Source of the DNA: a virus
Taxonomy: Duplodnaviria; Caudoviricetes
Length of the DNA: 52,769 nucleotides
IMG/VR virus record: IMGVR_UViG_3300020034_000021
Span: 1 to 52,769 of that record
Strand: one strand, 5' to 3'
The position numbers were made by a program, and so were the translations under genes. The notes under the pieces were generated by a model. The model searched no databases and was not told where the DNA came from. It saw only the letters and a program-made list of their open reading frames with translations. The first letter of the stretch is position 1; the number at the start of each line of letters is the position of its first letter. This document shows, one piece after another, positions 9,492 to 17,918 of this stretch.

Positions 9492-10269
9492 AGGTTTTTT
9501 TGGAACCTGTCCAACTAACAGAAGTCACCGCAATACGATAATAGCTACTCGCGGCAACTTGATATGTGGGCATACAAGCAATACCTGTTTTAATGGTGCC
9601 GACCTTGCTACCGTTACGCCAACTGAACTTGCTGGGAACGCTAGCTGTAATCGTCGCGTTATAATCAGCAATGGCCTCAAATACGTCACCGCCAATCGTC
9701 TTGAGCGTTTGCGTACCGACCGTACAGGACTGGAAAATGGTCTGTGTCTTCGTCAGAGGCGGACAGGCCGCACCGCCATTACTGGCCGGAGTAACGACCG
9801 TGGCAGTTGCTTGCTGCGTCTTAGACTGCGCCCCATTGGTACAGACAGACCAGCCGCTGATATCCGTCCATGGTCCGAATGTTGAAATGACACAATTGAC
9901 TGGCGTTGGCGTGCCGCCGCTAATTGATTTACTGTCAATATTGGATAGATCAGACGACGCACCCGCGCTAGTAATCGCTCTCGCCGCAAAATACCAAGTA
10001 CCCGGCGCTAATCCTGTAATGACTGTGCCGCACGTTTTTCCAATAGTAGTAACCGTCTTATTTAACGTCGTTGGCGACGTGCCATAAAAATACGCAAAGC
10101 TGGCAAGATTGGTTAGTGGTGAGCCATCGGTGTTTTGTGTCGGTGCAATACAAATTAACGTTGCAGAGTCACTTTCAACCGCCAACGATGCAAAGCTTTG
10201 GCGCGCCTGTTCGACTTTCTTACAACCGACGACTGCTAAACAACATAGCAATGCGATAAGGATTTTCAT
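9463..10269 (-). CDS. Lipoprotein with fibronectin type III and thrombospondin type 1-like domains
   Basis: Lipobox VVGC; FN3 pattern APTQNTDGSPL..YG..ITGLAPGTWYF; TSP1 pattern CVISTFGPW..WSVC..PASNGGAACP. Confidence 0.75.
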   Translation of the reverse strand: MKILIALLCCLAVVGCKKVEQARQSFASLAVESDSATLICIAPTQNTDGSPLTNLASFAYFYGTSPTTLNKTVTTIGKTCGTVITGLAPGTWYFAARAITSAGASSDLSNIDSKSISGGTPTPVNCVISTFGPWTDISGWSVCTNGAQSKTQQATATVVTPASNGGAACPPLTKTQTIFQSCTVGTQTLKTIGGDVFEAIADYNATITASVPSKFSWRNGSKVGTIKTGIACMPTYQVAASSYYRIAVTSVSWTGSKKTYVVANCKLQ

Positions 10270-10370
10270 GAGTTCCGTTTCTCCCATTTCGCAATGCCCC
10301 ACTTATACACAGCGGGAACCGTAATGGTAACGACAAAGCCAATGACAATTCCGATAATAAGATTGATCAT
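10266..10370 (-). CDS. 34-aa single-TM peptide
   Basis: Not in track; MINLIIGIVIGFVVTITVPAVYKWG...; ATGA-coupled at both ends. Confidence 0.65.
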   Translation of the reverse strand: MINLIIGIVIGFVVTITVPAVYKWGIAKWEKRNS

Positions 10371-10660
10371 GATTTCAATTCCTCTTTGACTGCGGCTGCT
10401 TCTTTAACAACTTCAATCTGCGCTTGCACTTTCGGTTGCGGAATAAGTTTCGCAACGATTGATGAAAAGAAAATCACCGCAGTTATGATCTGCGTATATT
10501 GTTGTGGAATTAAAATTCGTAGATTCTCCGGTAAATAAACCCATGCTTGAGTTATCACGTCAGGAAATGTCGAAAAAAAAGTGCTAATCAAAATTCCAAA
10601 TGTAGCGATACGAACGCTCCATGTTTTCCAAAGTAACTTCCACCACGGAACAACGTTCAC
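10367..10660 (-). CDS. Holin
   Basis: Two TM segments, WKLLWKTWSVR N-terminus, lysis cassette. Confidence 0.7.
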   Translation of the reverse strand: MNVVPWWKLLWKTWSVRIATFGILISTFFSTFPDVITQAWVYLPENLRILIPQQYTQIITAVIFFSSIVAKLIPQPKVQAQIEVVKEAAAVKEELKS

Positions 10661-10663
10661 AAT

Positions 10664-11086
10664 TCAATCCTTTTCGATATTAGTAATGCGCCGCTCTAAA
10701 TCCATAATGGCACGAGGAACATAAGGGTCAACAATTGTATGTTTCCAATGCTGCATAACAATGTTGCGATCTTCTAAAAGCTTTATGCGTACATCCATTT
10801 TGCCAATATCAATTGCCTGTGCAAAAATCGCTTTTGTTGTAGATCCAATTTCATCTAACTTTTTCAAATTCTCAGCATAAAAATGTTCACGCTGTTTATC
10901 CATTGCAGTTAGTCGTCTATCAAGATGCTCTGTGGTGACAATGTGTTTAGCATCAGCCAAAATCTTTTGAATATCAGCATCCAATTTATTCTGACGATGA
11001 TTGAACCACGCACCAATAACCGCACCGAGTACAGTGATAATTCCTATTGCCCAACTTGCAACAACTCGATATAACTCTTCGTTCAT
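10664..11086 (-). CDS. Membrane-anchored coiled-coil protein (holin/antiholin-like)
   Basis: N-terminal TM plus coiled coil. Confidence 0.55.
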   Translation of the reverse strand: MNEELYRVVASWAIGIITVLGAVIGAWFNHRQNKLDADIQKILADAKHIVTTEHLDRRLTAMDKQREHFYAENLKKLDEIGSTTKAIFAQAIDIGKMDVRIKLLEDRNIVMQHWKHTIVDPYVPRAIMDLERRITNIEKD

Positions 11087-11092
11087 TAGATT

Positions 11093-11581
11093 TCATTTCA
11101 TCAACACTATTGCAATTGCAATGACTGCACCGATACTAATAGTAACTAAAAATATCGTTGCTATGAAATTCTTAGATCCTTTGTCTTGACCTTCAATTCT
11201 TACAAATCGCTCTTTCAAATCATCTATTTTTGCATTAGTAGCGACGTTGGTTGTGTCAATCAATAACACTTGCTGATCAATTTGCTTTCCTATTGTCGTT
11301 TCAAATTTCCTAATTGACTCTTGAAGAGTTTCGATTTGTTTAGTGACCGACTCTTTCTGTGCCACTAATGTGATATCAACTACGTCATGTAAATGCGATA
11401 TAGCTTTATCAACTTCAGTCGGAACGCGAACTAAATTCTCATGCGCTACGATCACCGCTCTATCGACCGAATCAATTCGTTGCGTCAACAACTTCTCTAA
11501 ATGTTTTATCTCACGTTCTAAGTATTGAGTTGTCAATAACGAAGAATCGTTATATGCAACGGTATCCGGTTTGCCGTTCAT
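11093..11581 (-). CDS. Coiled-coil protein with C-terminal TM
   Basis: Heptads then FIATIFLVTISIGAVIAIAIVL. Confidence 0.6.
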   Translation of the reverse strand: MNGKPDTVAYNDSSLLTTQYLEREIKHLEKLLTQRIDSVDRAVIVAHENLVRVPTEVDKAISHLHDVVDITLVAQKESVTKQIETLQESIRKFETTIGKQIDQQVLLIDTTNVATNAKIDDLKERFVRIEGQDKGSKNFIATIFLVTISIGAVIAIAIVLMK

Positions 11582-11589
11582 CAGCCCGC

Positions 11590-11618
11590 ACCATACACTT
11601 GCATTATGACAAACGCAA
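11590..11618 (-). promoter_or_regulatory. Putative late/lysis operon promoter
   Basis: TTGCGT-17-TATGGT. Confidence 0.5.
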
Positions 11619-11651
11619 AAAACCCCTAGCCAGTTGCCCAGCTAGGGGTTT
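11617..11651 (-). terminator. Intrinsic terminator
   Basis: AACCCCTAGC...GCTAGGGGTTTTTT. Confidence 0.85.
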
Positions 11652-11695
11652 CGTCTTCCTGCGCCCCTACCAAGAGCGCGGCGCGAATCTTACGC

Positions 11696-12277
11696 TTATT
11701 CGGCGGAAGGATCAACGCGCCAAATGCGCGAGCCACCTTCGACCGTGCGTACGACAAACTTCCGTTCCTGCCGCGTAGCTGGCACCGAAATGCCTTTGCG
11801 CGTCAGTCGCATTTCGCCGGGGATATCCACCGCATACCGCTTGTTTGCACTCGCAATCGTAGACGCCAGATTCTTCGCAGGTTTGAGTACCTTAAAAGAC
11901 TGACCGACTTGCAGCGCATCGAACGGATAGGAACTGCCAACGCGACCGCGACCGACAATTGCCGGCATTTCAATACCATCCTCAATCAGAAACTGCGGCT
12001 TACCAAAATCACCAGCAGATACCGTACCAACGTCGCTAGCGCCAATCGTCTGAGACTGAGCCGCTTTGGCTGCTTTGTTCATAACTTCGATACCTTTGGG
12101 GGTGACTCGTGTGGCAATGTTGCCTACTTCGTCAGGAAAACCCTTATTCACTTCAATCAGCTTATCCGCCAACAATGGTGCATTAGCTACCGGTGAAGTG
12201 TAAATCCCCTGTTCGCCTGCCGCAGCAATGGTTGCCAACAGAGCCATGGTTGTTTCGTCATATCGCTTCTTAGCCAT
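11696..12277 (-). CDS. Putative DNA-binding protein
   Basis: GRGR hook and YPFDALQVGQSF...RIWRV domain; own promoter and terminator. Confidence 0.6.
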   Translation of the reverse strand: MAKKRYDETTMALLATIAAAGEQGIYTSPVANAPLLADKLIEVNKGFPDEVGNIATRVTPKGIEVMNKAAKAAQSQTIGASDVGTVSAGDFGKPQFLIEDGIEMPAIVGRGRVGSSYPFDALQVGQSFKVLKPAKNLASTIASANKRYAVDIPGEMRLTRKGISVPATRQERKFVVRTVEGGSRIWRVDPSAE

Positions 12278-12325
12278 TTTGTAAATCCTCTATAGTTGAA
12301 AAATCAAAATCAATACGCCATTCAA

Positions 12326-12353
12326 ATAATACCCTCTAATCCGTCAATGTCAA
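12326..12353 (-). promoter_or_regulatory. Sigma70-like promoter
   Basis: TTGACA-16-TATTAT. Confidence 0.55.
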
Positions 12354-12450
12354 TATGTAATTGCTTCGATTTGAAAAAAGAATCGGCCTACAGTCCTAGC
12401 GCGATCCAACTTGCCTTGTGGCATCTCTCTTCTAGCCATGCGGTTACGAC

Positions 12451-12648
12451 TTATAGGCGGTTGCTGCGAGAGTATATGATTCGGTTGACAGGGTTATTAG
12501 AACGATAAATAACGTCCTTGTCAACAAAATAAGCAACATGATATCGATTTGTTAAGTGCGTCGCAATTTCAGAAAGTGATTTGCCCACAATTACCATACT
12601 GCGAGCTATTGCCGTAGCCTGTACGATTTCACAGCGCTGGCAATTCAT
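12451..12648 (-). CDS. Hypothetical protein
   Basis: 65 aa, ATGA-coupled. Confidence 0.55.
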   Translation of the reverse strand: MNCQRCEIVQATAIARSMVIVGKSLSEIATHLTNRYHVAYFVDKDVIYRSNNPVNRIIYSRSNRL

Positions 12649-12965
12649 GATCGGGCAACGTCGTTAGGATAGCGTACTAGGTACAACGTCCTTTCTTCGA
12701 CGAACCCTAAGCGCTTGTACCAGCGCACGAGCTGCGAATAGGACAACCCGCCGCTAGGAGCTACATGAAGCGCCAGAATCGTTCCAGATGCGTCTGCGTC
12801 GCGCAGTACCTTGGCCATGAGTGTACGCGCGTGACCTTGGCCACGAAATTCTAGTGGAACGTTAATGCGGTTAATGATCAGCCGCCTACGCGACACACGT
12901 TGCATTTCGTCGTCTGTCAGATCGACAATAGAACGTGTAGGAATGTCAAAATAGCAAGTTTTCAT
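12645..12965 (-). CDS. GNAT acetyltransferase
   Basis: VPLEFRGQGHA acetyl-CoA motif and WYKRLGF; ATGA overlap sets start at 12965. Confidence 0.88.
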   Translation of the reverse strand: MKTCYFDIPTRSIVDLTDDEMQRVSRRRLIINRINVPLEFRGQGHARTLMAKVLRDADASGTILALHVAPSGGLSYSQLVRWYKRLGFVEERTLYLVRYPNDVARS

Positions 12966-13456
12966 GTGAGATACGCTTGGATCACGTCTCGCGCTTGTTG
13001 CCAGCCAAAGCAAACTTTCCATAAATAACCTTGTGACGTTACGAATGCACCAAATTCATTTTGTTTGTCTGATACGTCAGATGGCACACCATCTTTGCGC
13101 TTCAGTTCGATATACAATCCAAATCCAAACGCAATTAAACTTTCAATGTATTTATCCTTTGAATCGTATTTAGTCACCGGCAAACAGATATCCGCCACAC
13201 CGCTTTTTAAACCTTCCGCTTTCAACTGTCCTGCCGCTACCTTATTGCCTCGTGCACCAGCATTTGGTATGGCATAAATCCATTTCAATTGTGGATAATG
13301 ATAATGTGCTTCAGGCTGCGTATATGGTCCATTATTATAACAACTCATATCATTAGCTGTTTTAAATCCATATTTCATCGCCATATTACACCAGCACATA
13401 AGCGCCATTTGTTCGCCATGTTCTGTACCGCTCTTGGCCAATTGTTCAGGATTCAT
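12962..13456 (-). CDS. VRR-NUC nuclease (Holliday junction resolvase-like)
   Basis: EHGEQ, AIPN, EGLKSGVADI, YIELK, SDKQ motifs. Confidence 0.88.
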   Translation of the reverse strand: MNPEQLAKSGTEHGEQMALMCWCNMAMKYGFKTANDMSCYNNGPYTQPEAHYHYPQLKWIYAIPNAGARGNKVAAGQLKAEGLKSGVADICLPVTKYDSKDKYIESLIAFGFGLYIELKRKDGVPSDVSDKQNEFGAFVTSQGYLWKVCFGWQQARDVIQAYLT

Positions 13457-13458
13457 AA

Positions 13459-13653
13459 CTATCCTTCGATTCGATCTACAACGTCGTTACAGTAAATATG
13501 CTTGTTCCCTTTCGACAGACGCCAAAGCACAATATTCCCTAACGGCGGGGCTTCGCTCTTGCTATGACTCGGTTCCGTCACTGCTAATGCAATCCCATGC
13601 TTTTCACAAATCATACGCAAGTCATGCAGAAAGCTTTCACATTGTGGACTCAT
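13459..13653 (-). CDS. Hypothetical protein
   Basis: 64 aa, coupled chain. Confidence 0.6.
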   Translation of the reverse strand: MSPQCESFLHDLRMICEKHGIALAVTEPSHSKSEAPPLGNIVLWRLSKGNKHIYCNDVVDRIEG

Positions 13654-13871
13654 GATTGCCGCTCCCCATAAATAGCTTCGCGGGATTGTTTCACTAAAGC
13701 AATAAATAAATTGGCTGTGAAGCTATTAGAAAATACTCCGACCCATGTCTGACCATCTTCGCCGCCGGTGACAACTTCTTCGCCATCAAAAATATGTGTC
13801 ACAGTTAACGTTGACTTGTCAACCTTGACAACAACAGTATTTTTATATCTTTGTTTGGTTACGTTATTCAT
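13650..13871 (-). CDS. Hypothetical protein
   Basis: 73 aa, coupled chain. Confidence 0.6.
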   Translation of the reverse strand: MNNVTKQRYKNTVVVKVDKSTLTVTHIFDGEEVVTGGEDGQTWVGVFSNSFTANLFIALVKQSREAIYGERQS

Positions 13872-14125
13872 TGTTTCATCCTCTCGCGTAAGCTGCGTGT
13901 CAGTTCCTTCATACGCTTCAATGTCCAGCCGACGCCAGTATGACCAGCGTCTAGTACACGAATGAAACCGGTTTTGTTATCGTAGCTCCATTCAGTCGGA
14001 CGACGAATGTAAGCGATCTCATAAGCACTGGCGTACGCCTTAAAGATCCTGCGAGCCGTTTTCATATACAACGGCTCTTTGTCTTTTGGCATCTTGATAT
14101 GGCTGTCAATTTGAATGTCGTTCAT
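13868..14125 (-). CDS. Hypothetical protein
   Basis: 85 aa, coupled chain. Confidence 0.6.
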   Translation of the reverse strand: MNDIQIDSHIKMPKDKEPLYMKTARRIFKAYASAYEIAYIRRPTEWSYDNKTGFIRVLDAGHTGVGWTLKRMKELTRSLRERMKQ

Positions 14126-14202
14126 CCCGACCGCCTACGCGACACACGTCGCATTGCTTGTGCTAAGGATTCGCCCTTGCGCGGTTTAAACCAATCTTTC
14201 AT
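14122..14202 (-). CDS. 26-aa basic peptide
   Basis: Not in track; MKDWFKPRKGESLAQAMRRVSRRRSG; GGAG RBS and ATGA overlap. Confidence 0.5.
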   Translation of the reverse strand: MKDWFKPRKGESLAQAMRRVSRRRSG

Positions 14203-14236
14203 GTGCCTAGCTCCGTTGTTTATAGGAGCTGTGATG

Positions 14237-14497
14237 TTACCTTCTTTTATTCAATTCGTCAAACTTTTTCTGAAGCGACGTTGCAGCCGCTTGATTGAAA
14301 CGCGCTGCTGCGACCATCTGTTCATGCGTTGGCAAAAGCGCCAATATAACAGCCGACGCTTGCCATAGTTGTACCGCTAATCCCTTCGTACCGCGCAACT
14401 GCGCACTATCTCCGGCTTCGCGTAATCCTTTCGCAACATGCTTTGCATTAGCAATCAAATCAGCCGCGCTCATCTGTGTATAAGAATTGTCAGTCAT
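14237..14497 (-). CDS. Hypothetical protein
   Basis: MTDNS start, ATGA overlap. Confidence 0.6.
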   Translation of the reverse strand: MTDNSYTQMSAADLIANAKHVAKGLREAGDSAQLRGTKGLAVQLWQASAVILALLPTHEQMVAAARFNQAAATSLQKKFDELNKRR

Positions 14498-14733
14498 GCT
14501 TTTACCCTCGCGCCTTGAATCCATTTGTACTTCGGTTTGACTTCACGCGTCGGTCCGCTAAGTATGAGTCTTTCTGATTCCAGAATGTAAGGCATACATA
14601 AATTATGCAATCGCTCTAATGCAACAGCACGTTCTAATACCGAATGCTTTTGATCTAATCCCATAGCTGACAACGCTCTTGCCAGTTTAAGCTTTTCAGG
14701 TTCCTTTGCCATCAATGTCAAAAAAGTATCCAT
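14494..14733 (-). CDS. Hypothetical protein
   Basis: 79 aa, AGGTG RBS. Confidence 0.6.
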   Translation of the reverse strand: MDTFLTLMAKEPEKLKLARALSAMGLDQKHSVLERAVALERLHNLCMPYILESERLILSGPTREVKPKYKWIQGARVKA

Positions 14734-14892
14734 ACGTCACCTATAAGTGCGGAGGCCAAACTTTGCCCTGCGGCAACGGGAGAGGCGCAGCGAGGCGCAA
14801 ATCCCCGGCCAGTGCCCATGCAAGGGCATAGGCTGAAAAGGGAACCTGCGGCACCGTATGCACGCTGGTAGCATCTGGCAAGGCTTTCTTGT

Positions 14893-15054
14893 TCATGTGC
14901 GACACCTCTGCGGCACGGCGGCCACTTCTAACGTCACTTTCTGCGCTTCGACGTGCGCCAGATGACTTTTGCATTCGCGCCAGTGCGGGCCCGCCAATGG
15001 GCTAAACGTCTGACCGCAGAATGCACACAGGACTAATTTCACTTGATTCTTCAT
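14893..15054 (-). CDS. Small Cys/His protein (53 aa)
   Basis: Not in track; CAFC...H..EC..H. Confidence 0.45.
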   Translation of the reverse strand: MKNQVKLVLCAFCGQTFSPLAGPHWRECKSHLAHVEAQKVTLEVAAVPQRCRT

Positions 15055-15097
15055 ACCTCATTATCGGTGCGACTGTCAAATACTTAAGTGATCTATG

Positions 15098-15406
15098 TCA
15101 CACTTCGATATCAAATCTTCGATCAAATCCCATGTCCCATTGTCGAAACAATTCTACCTTGCGACAAGCGCGCTTATCAATCGCTTCGGTATCTAATTCT
15201 AATTTATTCGCAACAAACTCCAATGCTGCAATCACGTCGGCCATTTCTTCCTGCAAGCGGTGACGCAAATTCGTGCCGTCCGGGTGCAACAGTCGGTCGT
15301 CAGTCGTCAATTGCAATTTTGGATACTGCAATAGCTTGCCCACAATTTGAAGCAATTCGCCCGACTCTTCCGTGAGTTTAGAAAGGCCGTTGTTTGTCAT
15401 CGCCAC
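15098..15406 (-). CDS. mazG: MazG-like nucleotide pyrophosphohydrolase
   Basis: KLTEESGELLQ...EEMADV (ExxE...ExxD). Confidence 0.82.
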   Translation of the reverse strand: MAMTNNGLSKLTEESGELLQIVGKLLQYPKLQLTTDDRLLHPDGTNLRHRLQEEMADVIAALEFVANKLELDTEAIDKRACRKVELFRQWDMGFDRRFDIEV

Positions 15407-15551
15407 GATAGTATTCCTTTAAAAGTTTCTTCTCTTTGCACACTTCGTTCCAATAAGCAAGGCCGAGTGCGCCGACGCTAGCAACAAATATACCAGCTAT
15501 TAAACAGAACCATTGCCAAAAGTAAGGCTGATTGATGAGTATTTCATCCAT
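15378..15551 (-). CDS. 57-aa single-TM protein
   Basis: Not in track; WFCLIAGIFVASVGALGLAYW. Confidence 0.55.
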   Translation of the reverse strand: MDEILINQPYFWQWFCLIAGIFVASVGALGLAYWNEVCKEKKLLKEYYRGDDKQRPF

Positions 15552-15750
15552 CATGTTTATCCTCTAGTGATTTTAAAAACCTATCGGCCTTCTCAATTGC
15601 TTTCGCCATGTAATAGTCATTGTCGCGCATGAATACGTCTTCTGACTTCTGACTCATGTAGAAGGCCGACAGGAACTGCGCCGCGACAACTTCGCGCTTC
15701 GTCATGAGCGACGCTAACTTATCAGCATTCGATTTACCCGGTGCCATCAT
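15544..15750 (-). CDS. Hypothetical protein
   Basis: MTKREVVAAQ...AIEKADRFL pattern common in small phage proteins. Confidence 0.65.
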   Translation of the reverse strand: MMAPGKSNADKLASLMTKREVVAAQFLSAFYMSQKSEDVFMRDNDYYMAKAIEKADRFLKSLEDKHDG

Positions 15751-16175
15751 TTTCCATTCTCCTTCTTCGGTCCCACATTCAGCTTCATATCATTGGCGAC
15801 ATTCTCCTGACCTTCTAACGTGATACGCATGGTCATGGCATTTAAGTCCAATAGCTGCTCTAGCTTACTCGATAACTCCTTATAAAATGGTTGCGAAATA
15901 TCCTTACTCAATACCGCGTGATCGATTTCTTTTAACAAGTGCTGCAAACCGATCATGTTGCGCGCGACCATCTGATAATTGTGTATCGATGCGAGCAATG
16001 TATTGTGGGCATCTGGCAGTACGTCAGTGAGCTTGAACACGTTCACGACTTCCATCGGATGACTTTTAGCGAACAACTTCAATTCGAATGCCACACAGTA
16101 TTCGTTCGCATTGTCTGTCGTCAGACCATGCGTCACCAAATAGCCATGGGTAAATGGATTCTTTAATTCAGTCAT
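15747..16175 (-). CDS. Hypothetical protein
   Basis: 142 aa, coupled. Confidence 0.7.
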   Translation of the reverse strand: MTELKNPFTHGYLVTHGLTTDNANEYCVAFELKLFAKSHPMEVVNVFKLTDVLPDAHNTLLASIHNYQMVARNMIGLQHLLKEIDHAVLSKDISQPFYKELSSKLEQLLDLNAMTMRITLEGQENVANDMKLNVGPKKENGK

Positions 16176-16372
16176 TGCGCCATCCTCTTCGTTTCAATCA
16201 AATGGTCAATAAATACCTTTCGTGACAACCACGCTAGTTTTCCGCAATGATCGCACTTCACAAAGTCGCCATATAAATTCCATATTGCATGGTTCATACT
16301 ACATGGTGTCGTATTACGTTCCTGCCAGTAGTGAGTGCACGTCAATTGCTTCCATAGCTGCCACATTTTCAT
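16172..16372 (-). CDS. Small Zn-binding protein
   Basis: CTHYW...CDHCGK. Confidence 0.6.
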   Translation of the reverse strand: MKMWQLWKQLTCTHYWQERNTTPCSMNHAIWNLYGDFVKCDHCGKLAWLSRKVFIDHLIETKRMAQ

Positions 16373-16560
16373 ATCGATTCCTTACCTAATGCTTGCCCTA
16401 CTTCAATGCCTTCCTGATAACCAGCTTCATAGCCACGCTGGTGTGCTTCTTCTAGCAAACGTTCTGCGTCTATTAATAAAACATATCTAACGCAATCAGA
16501 TTGTGGTATTCGTGTCATACCATTACGATGATAATACCATACTTGTGTATCAACTATCAC
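16369..16560 (-). CDS. Hypothetical protein
   Basis: 63 aa, GYEAGYQEG. Confidence 0.6.
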   Translation of the reverse strand: MIVDTQVWYYHRNGMTRIPQSDCVRYVLLIDAERLLEEAHQRGYEAGYQEGIEVGQALGKESI

Positions 16561-16752
16561 GGTACTTCTTCCTTCGGCATCGATTGATTAGCGAGTTCCC
16601 ACAATTCAGTAACGCGGCATGGACCGCACTGTTTGGTTACGAATTGATCCACCTTCATGCCGGCATACAAAGACGTTGTGCTGGCAACTACAAGGCATGT
16701 TTTTCAATGTAATGTACATCTGTTGAGCGGCTATGCGTTGTGCTGGCGTCAT
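16557..16752 (-). pseudogene. Small Zn-finger gene interrupted by one extra base
   Basis: CSC and CGPC halves in different frames; 196 nt between coupled start and coupled stop. Confidence 0.5.
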
Positions 16753-16814
16753 GGTTCGCAATCCTCAAAAGGATCATAGTCGTCATCGAAGATGGTGTAA
16801 GCGTCGTCAATCAT
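16749..16814 (-). CDS. 21-aa acidic peptide
   Basis: MIDDAYTIFDDDYDPFEDCEP; GGAG RBS, ATGA overlap. Confidence 0.5.
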   Translation of the reverse strand: MIDDAYTIFDDDYDPFEDCEP

Positions 16815-16818
16815 TCGA

Positions 16819-17034
16819 TCACTCCGCAATGTAGTATCGAACGCTAATCGGTGTGCTGAGTTTGTTAAAATCTTGAGTGACGACGCGACGAATCAACCCG
16901 GCGTTTTCCATTCGGCCAAGGTAAATATAAATCTGTGCCTGCCATATACCGGTGACGTTGGATAATTCAAATCCGCGCATTCCCGGCTCACGTTGCAGGC
17001 ACCATAGAATTGCTTTTTGCTTTCGTTCGTTCAT
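16819..17034 (-). CDS. Winged-helix DNA-binding protein
   Basis: ILWCLQREPGMRGFELSNVTGI...YLGRMENAGLI. Confidence 0.7.
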   Translation of the reverse strand: MNERKQKAILWCLQREPGMRGFELSNVTGIWQAQIYIYLGRMENAGLIRRVVTQDFNKLSTPISVRYYIAE

Positions 17035-17366
17035 GAGAGTGACCCTATAATTTCGTTCAATACCGCCTTCGTGCGCTGTAGCTTGTGACGCAGGATTTGA
17101 TTCATGGAGTTGAGGCAGTAGGGGCATTCGATGGTCGAATACGCTTCGCGGTAGTAGCGATGCCCGCGCTTGCACGTCATTGGGATTGCCAACTTCATGA
17201 CGCCACTAACCTCTTTTGACTTTATCTTCAATTCTACTGTCGGCCTTCGTGCATCCTGAGCTTGGCAATATTGGTTAGGAGCAAGACTAAGATTATCACA
17301 CACTGCGCCGACACAATCGCAAGGTTTCCGAACGTCAAGCGGAGCTAATGGTATGGTGTCGTTCAT
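17031..17366 (-). CDS. Cys-rich hypothetical protein
   Basis: MNDTIP start; CKRGH...CPYC. Confidence 0.6.
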   Translation of the reverse strand: MNDTIPLAPLDVRKPCDCVGAVCDNLSLAPNQYCQAQDARRPTVELKIKSKEVSGVMKLAIPMTCKRGHRYYREAYSTIECPYCLNSMNQILRHKLQRTKAVLNEIIGSLS

Positions 17367-17542
17367 TTTATCTCCAGTCGCTTCAGGATCTTGACGGCAT
17401 GAATAACCATGTCTTCGCGATAGCGCAGTAGATCGGCATATGCCGCTGCGTGATCGTCTTTCCATGTTGACTTAGCCATACCCTTGTCAAGAATGTTGTT
17501 GACGACAGCGCGAGCTATTAGACCGGCTTGTTCCTGCGTCAT
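17363..17542 (-). CDS. Hypothetical protein (59 aa)
   Basis: Not in track; MTQEQAGL; ATGA-coupled both sides. Confidence 0.6.
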   Translation of the reverse strand: MTQEQAGLIARAVVNNILDKGMAKSTWKDDHAAAYADLLRYREDMVIHAVKILKRLEIK

Positions 17543-17745
17543 AGCGTTATACCTTGCTTAAGCATGGATTGCGACACCATGTTAAACGCCTCGCGCTTGC
17601 CACAATACGAACAGATCAGCGTCTTATTGTCGTGACGTGACAATGACACACCGGGCTTGCCGTATTTGTTCGGTATATACGTCATACAGTCGATATACGC
17701 GCACTTGACTTTCTTCGGATCTTTATGCATTTTCATTACTTGCAT
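17539..17745 (-). CDS. Small Zn-finger protein
   Basis: LSRHDNKTLICSYCGKREA. Confidence 0.65.
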   Translation of the reverse strand: MQVMKMHKDPKKVKCAYIDCMTYIPNKYGKPGVSLSRHDNKTLICSYCGKREAFNMVSQSMLKQGITL

Positions 17746-17918
17746 TCCTCCAGTGTGACCGTCAGTAATTCGCCTAACTGATCTTTGTCCAGACTTAACA
17801 TAATGCGTTCCAACATAGTGGCGCGCGGTATGACGTTGACTTCGATACAGTTATCTAATTGTACCTCATGATAGACTTGTTCGTCAAGACGTTTTCTAGC
17901 TGCGATGAAGTCAATCAT
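17736..17918 (-). CDS. Hypothetical protein
   Basis: 60 aa. Confidence 0.55.
   Translation of the reverse strand: MIDFIAARKRLDEQVYHEVQLDNCIEVNVIPRATMLERIMLSLDKDQLGELLTVTLEECK

Noticed and set aside
15098-15406. Modified-base (dZ or 7-deazaguanine) pathway suggested by MazG
   Set aside because: No purZ, datZ, que or dpdA-like genes recognised
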